Origin: Nanobdellota archaeon
GTDB lineage: Archaea > Nanobdellota > Nanobdellia > Woesearchaeales > JAGLXL01
DNA: 64,000 nucleotides
Reading direction: 5' to 3'
Assembly (NCBI GenBank): GCA_042577865.1
Contig: JBHPDN010000002.1
Span: 782 to 64,781, forward strand
Part shown: one piece after another, positions 60,291 to 64,000 of the stretch
Position numbering within the stretch: the stretch's first letter is position 1
Layout: every line of letters begins with the position of its first letter
Notes under the pieces: model-generated
Database searches by the model: none
What the model was told of the DNA's origin: nothing
The model's input: only the letters and a program-made list of their open reading frames with translations
Position numbers and translations under genes: made by a program

Positions 60291-60393
60291 GGGCCCGTAG
60301 CTTAGTTCGGTGGAGCGCCAGTCTTATATGGCAGCGTTTCATACAAAGCTCTAAGAGAGCTGGTGGTCGTGAGTTCAAATCTCGCCGGGCCCA
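60291..60393 (+). tRNA. tRNA-Ile (anticodon TAT) with a 29-nt anticodon-loop intron
   Basis: GGGCCCG-TA-GCTT-AGTTCGGTG-GAGC-G-CCAGT-CTTATA[+29 nt]A-GCTGG-TGGTC-GTGAG-TTCAAAT-CTCGC-CGGGCCC-A. The intron TAAG pairs with CTTA of the loop. The anticodon is read assuming the canonical 37/38 intron position. Confidence 0.7.
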
Positions 60394-60422
60394 CTCTTTT
60401 CTAACGAAATTCAACAGAAACA

Positions 60423-60435
60423 TTTTTAAATAAAA
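60423..60435 (+). promoter_or_regulatory. TATA box for tRNA-Glu
   Basis: TTTTTAAATAAAA is centred about 27 nt upstream of the tRNA-Glu 5' end (60456). Confidence 0.45.
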
Positions 60436-60455
60436 TCCAATATTTCTACAAATAC

Positions 60456-60576
60456 GCCCCGTTGGTGTAGTCCGGCCAATCATACTGGATTTTCGTGGCG
60501 AGGAATTGGAGATTCCTGAAATTTCCGACCTCGTCGAAAACATCCAGTGACTCGGGTTCGAATCCCGGACGGGGCA
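60456..60576 (+). tRNA. tRNA-Glu (TTC) with a 46-nt anticodon-loop intron
   Basis: GCCCCGT-TG-GTGT-AGTCCGGCCAATCAT-A-CTGGA-TTTTCG[+46 nt]A-TCCAG-TGAC-TCGGG-TTCGAAT-CCCGG-ACGGGGC-A. Confidence 0.8.
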
Positions 60577-60617
60577 TTCTTTTGATTTTTAACCTCTAAA
60601 TAGTGACAAAACCGAAA

Positions 60618-60628
60618 GATTTATATAG
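60618..60628 (+). promoter_or_regulatory. TATA box for the DEAD-box helicase gene (implies a 5' UTR of about 85 nt)
   Basis: GATTTATATAG is preceded by CGAAA. The ATG is at 60735, with SD GAGGT at 60723-60727. Confidence 0.4.
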
Positions 60629-60734
60629 GGCCAGTCAAGACTTGTGCTAAGAAGCATTGATGAGGGAGCACTTGCTCATTTTTATGAACATTTCGCTTTT
60701 TCTGGAGAAGTGCTAAATATACGAGGTAAAAATT

Positions 60735-61946
60735 ATGAATACATTTGAAAAGTTTAACTTAAGTGATAATCTAATGATGGCTATCAAAAGATTAGGATTT
60801 ACTAAACCAACTCAAGTTCAAGAAAAATCAATTCCACATATAGTTGCAGGGAAAGATGTAGTCGGAGAATCAGCAACTGGTTCTGGAAAAACACTAGCCT
60901 TTGGGTGTGGTGTTGTTGAACATGTAATACCTAAACAAGGTTTACAGGCATTAATTCTGACTCCGACCAGGGAACTGGCAGAGCAGGTCAAAGAAGAACT
61001 CAAAAAACTTTCTTCTCAAAAACATTTGAAAGTTATCAGTATTTACGGAGGAGTCGCTATTGACCCACAAATTGAAGGTCTGCAAAGAGCAGAAGTAGCT
61101 GTAGCTACTCCTGGCAGACTATTGGATCATCTTCAGCGAGGAACAATTGACACTTCAAAAATTAAACTCTTAGTTTTAGATGAAGCAGACCGTATGCTGG
61201 ACATGGGATTTATTGATGATGTCAAACAAATTATCCAAAACTGTCCAAGGAAACGACAGACTTTATTTTTCTCAGCAACAATCTCATCTGAAATAGAAAA
61301 ATTGACTCACAAATATATGGACCAACCAATTGAAGTCAGGGCTACAAGTATGGTTGACCCTAAGAAGCTCAAACAAATTTATTATGATGTTGAAAACAAC
61401 ATGAAGTTGTCTTTGCTAATCCATTTGTTGAAAGAAGAAAGGTCAGGATTAGTAATGGTTTTCTGCAATACTAGAAGAATGACAGATTTTGTTGTCAAGA
61501 ATCTTCGAGCAAATCAAATCAAGGCTATTCCCATTCACGGCGGATTAACACAAAACAAACGAACCAAAACAATTCAAATGTTTGAAGGCGCCAAAGCAGG
61601 AGTATTAGTATGTACTGATGTGGCAGCCAGAGGCCTGCATATTGAAGATGTTTCTCATATCTACAATTATGACTTGCCAAAAGATTCTAAAGATTATGTC
61701 CACAGGATTGGCAGAACAGCCAGAGCTGGTGAAGAAGGAAAGGTAGTCAATTTACTTTCTGACCGAGACCATGACAATTTTTCAAGAATCTTGAGAGACT
61801 ACACTTCTTTTGAGATTAAGAATGTGAGAAAACCCCATGTAGAAAGAATCAGAGCGGTTAAGGGAGACGACGACCGAAGAGGACCAAGAAAAACTGGGTT
61901 CCCACCTAGGGGTCGAAGAAGTAATGCTCACCACAGACGAAGATAA
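60735..61946 (+). CDS. DEAD-box ATP-dependent RNA helicase with an Arg-rich C-terminal tail
   Basis: 403 aa with F..L (Q motif region) PTQVQEKSIP, ATGSGKTLAF, PTRELA, VLDEADRM, SAT and HRIGRTARAG. The tail is RRGPRKTGFPPRGRRSNAHHRRR. Confidence 0.9.
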   Translation: MNTFEKFNLSDNLMMAIKRLGFTKPTQVQEKSIPHIVAGKDVVGESATGSGKTLAFGCGVVEHVIPKQGLQALILTPTRELAEQVKEELKKLSSQKHLKVISIYGGVAIDPQIEGLQRAEVAVATPGRLLDHLQRGTIDTSKIKLLVLDEADRMLDMGFIDDVKQIIQNCPRKRQTLFFSATISSEIEKLTHKYMDQPIEVRATSMVDPKKLKQIYYDVENNMKLSLLIHLLKEERSGLVMVFCNTRRMTDFVVKNLRANQIKAIPIHGGLTQNKRTKTIQMFEGAKAGVLVCTDVAARGLHIEDVSHIYNYDLPKDSKDYVHRIGRTARAGEEGKVVNLLSDRDHDNFSRILRDYTSFEIKNVRKPHVERIRAVKGDDDRRGPRKTGFPPRGRRSNAHHRRR

Positions 61947-62030
61947 CGAAAAGTTAATATATCAGCTTAACTAAATATATTTTGTTCTTTGTTTTTAGGT
62001 TGTCTAAATGATTAAAGGCTAGACTCCAAA

Positions 62031-64000
62031 ATGACTGATGATTATATAGAAGCGATGAGGAAGTCGGCGGACGACCACCATCCTGATGATACCAGTACTG
62101 AGGAAACCTTAGGCTTTGACAGAAATTCAGATGATTTCTACAAAAGTTTGTTTGGCAGAACATTTTCAAGTAATGGTGAAAAGGTAACAATTGATGATTA
62201 TGTTGGCGAAGGAGCCATGGGTATTGTTCTCAAGGGAAGATGGAATGACAAAGAAGTGGCAGTTAAGATTCTTGATCCTAATTTAGCCAGGAAGAAAGAT
62301 TTGAGAGATAGGTTTTTGCACGAGGCAACAACCCAAGTAGATTTGCCAAAACATCCTAACATTCTTGAAGGATATTTTGGTGGTGAAGATGAAAAAACAA
62401 AATTGGATTTTTTGGTGATGGAGTATATCCCCAACACAATTAACCTGAACAGACCGGAACCTTTCCCATTAGACTTTGCCTTTGAGGTAATCAAAGAAGC
62501 TGGAAAGGCATTGGCAGTTGCTCATCGAAAACTTAAGGCTCATCGAGATGTCAAACCAGACAATATTCTAGTTAAGGAAGATTCTTCAGTGGTAAAATTA
62601 GGTGATTTTGGTTTAGGAAAAGGACTAGATGACCTGACTAAAACCTCACCAGAAGAAATGGTTGGGACACCCCACTTTATGTCGCCTGAACAACTTAGAG
62701 GAAAGGCCAACAATTCTTCTGATATTTATGCATTGGGAGCAACTTTTTATAAATTAATTACAGGGAGACATCCTTTTGACGCGGCAAATATATTTGCGTT
62801 GATGGAGCAAATCAAGGGTGAGGATCCAAAACCACCAAGTAAAAGGAATTATTTTATACAGCCGGAAGTGGATGATTTTATTTTAAGAGCCATGGCTAAA
62901 GACTGGCGGCAACGTCATTTCAATGCAGGTGAGTTTGTTGATGATTTGAGATTACTAAACAACCAGAAAGTTTTGAAAAGATGGGTCAATCAATATGAGA
63001 GAGAACACAAACTTATTTCTGGAGAAGGCCAACAATTTATTCAAGATTTAGAGAGTAATGATTATTCTTTTAGTTTTTTTGATTTTCCCATCAAGGCCAG
63101 AAGGATTGTTGACTGGTGTTGGGAAAGAGAAGGAGAAGAGTTAGGTTCAAGGATTAATTCAATTCTAGTAAATATTAAAAAACAAAAATTAGAAAGGGTT
63201 GATATAGAGCTGAAAGAAGCCTGGATAAGTGATTTAGAAAGAGCCTTGCAGATTAACCGTCGAACTGAAGAAAATGTTCAAGAGAGAATCACTTGGTTAG
63301 AAACACTGAAGAGTTTGTATCTTGATTTATCTGCTGAGAATCCTGATTTGCATTTAAGGGAACTTTCTATGAGGAATAAATTAGCTTATGAGATAGATCA
63401 AAGAAACATTTTGATTCCTTCTGAAGCACCGAGAGTTGGTTACTGGCAAAAATACAAATGGTATGCTTACATCGGGGTTCCTTTATTAGTTGCTTTAGCA
63501 GCGGTGGCTCTTTTAGGCAAAACTCATCTTGACAAAAGAAAGGTACGTTTGGATTTAGAAAGCAAAATTGTTTCTGTTGAGAGCAATATCCTTATGGAAA
63601 TGCAGGACGGTGATTTGACTGAAGATAAAGAGTATGAAGCCATCAAAAAAATAATTAACGGAGAATTCAGAAGTGTTTGCGCCAAAAGAGGGGATTCTTT
63701 TGAAAACAAACCAACAGGATTATTGGAAAGACTAGAAGAAGAAAGAGAAAAGGATTTTTATCAAGAGGCGAGGGTATGGGTTGATGAAGCTAAGAAAGAT
63801 ATTGATAACAGCGATAAGGAAAAGGATTTGGAAAAGAAAATTGCATTGTTAACACAAGCAACACAGAAAAACAAAGCTGCTGAAGGAAACTTAAGATATC
63901 TAAAAGGAGATAGGGCCAGAGAGATAGAGATAGATGTGAGACGGAATGAAGAAATGATTGGTCCAAAAGAATCTCACTATACAATGTTTGGCAATATTCA
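62031..64000 (+). CDS. membrane-spanning Hanks-type Ser/Thr protein kinase, 5' 656 codons; runs off the right edge
   Basis: Own translation from the ATG at 62031: MTDDYIEAMRK...VGEGAMGIVLKGRWNDKEVAVKIL (G-loop and VAVK Lys), HRDVKPDNILV, LGDFGLG and GTPHFMSPEQ. This is followed by the TM YAYIGVPLLVALAAVALLG and a charged, coiled-coil-like region. The ORF is open-ended, so it is absent from the ORF track. Confidence 0.8.
   Translation, partial: MTDDYIEAMRKSADDHHPDDTSTEETLGFDRNSDDFYKSLFGRTFSSNGEKVTIDDYVGEGAMGIVLKGRWNDKEVAVKILDPNLARKKDLRDRFLHEATTQVDLPKHPNILEGYFGGEDEKTKLDFLVMEYIPNTINLNRPEPFPLDFAFEVIKEAGKALAVAHRKLKAHRDVKPDNILVKEDSSVVKLGDFGLGKGLDDLTKTSPEEMVGTPHFMSPEQLRGKANNSSDIYALGATFYKLITGRHPFDAANIFALMEQIKGEDPKPPSKRNYFIQPEVDDFILRAMAKDWRQRHFNAGEFVDDLRLLNNQKVLKRWVNQYEREHKLISGEGQQFIQDLESNDYSFSFFDFPIKARRIVDWCWEREGEELGSRINSILVNIKKQKLERVDIELKEAWISDLERALQINRRTEENVQERITWLETLKSLYLDLSAENPDLHLRELSMRNKLAYEIDQRNILIPSEAPRVGYWQKYKWYAYIGVPLLVALAAVALLGKTHLDKRKVRLDLESKIVSVESNILMEMQDGDLTEDKEYEAIKKIINGEFRSVCAKRGDSFENKPTGLLERLEEEREKDFYQEARVWVDEAKKDIDNSDKEKDLEKKIALLTQATQKNKAAEGNLRYLKGDRAREIEIDVRRNEEMIGPKESHYTMFGNI

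Noticed and set aside
60286-60543. 85-aa minus-strand ORF
   Set aside because: It is antisense across tRNA-Ile and tRNA-Glu. It exists only because this region is GC-rich and stop-poor.

Overview
This is an AT-rich, very gene-dense chromosomal segment from an archaeon. By inference it comes from a small-genome, DPANN-like lineage: many proteins are shortened, and bacterial-type genes sit among archaeal core genes.

The backbone is made of conserved archaeal information-processing clusters:
- rpoH-rpoB''-rpoB'-rpoA'-rpoA''-L30e-NusA-S12-S7 (7846-16793)
- Sm-L37e
- L44e-S27e-aIF2alpha-Nop10-PAC2
- aIF6 ... prefoldin alpha-FtsY
- Scattered genes: aIF1A, S8e, a GINS subunit, ScpA and a DEAD-box helicase

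Two further blocks stand out:
- Carbon and nucleotide metabolism: archaeal-type PEP carboxylase, a NadC fragment, enolase, Prs, iPGM, MDH and a dihydroorotase-like protein.
- Cell envelope: an S-layer protein, a roughly 1100-aa subtilase, SppA, a bacterial-type LspA, three lipobox proteins, an ABC-2 exporter and an EamA transporter.

I recognised no rRNA, CRISPR array, transposase, integrase or classical defence system.

The most unusual content, in my reading:
1. tRNA architecture. Nine tRNA genes carry 10 introns. Two genes (Met-CAU and Asp-GUC) have a second, non-canonical T-loop intron. One tRNA has a UAU (Ile) anticodon. GC-rich tRNA-derived elements lie directly upstream of tRNA-Leu and tRNA-Ile.
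2. A bacterial-type lipoprotein signal peptidase operon, together with lipobox proteins, in an archaeal context.
3. Several minimised or truncated enzymes (a two-domain Dph2, a RecA1-only Hel308-like helicase, a 66-aa chorismate-mutase-like ORF) and several orphan small proteins: a tandem-repeat basic protein, extremely acidic proteins, and Cys-repeat proteins.

All functional calls rest on motif recognition by eye in the supplied translations and on my own translation of ORFs absent from the track. No database search was run.
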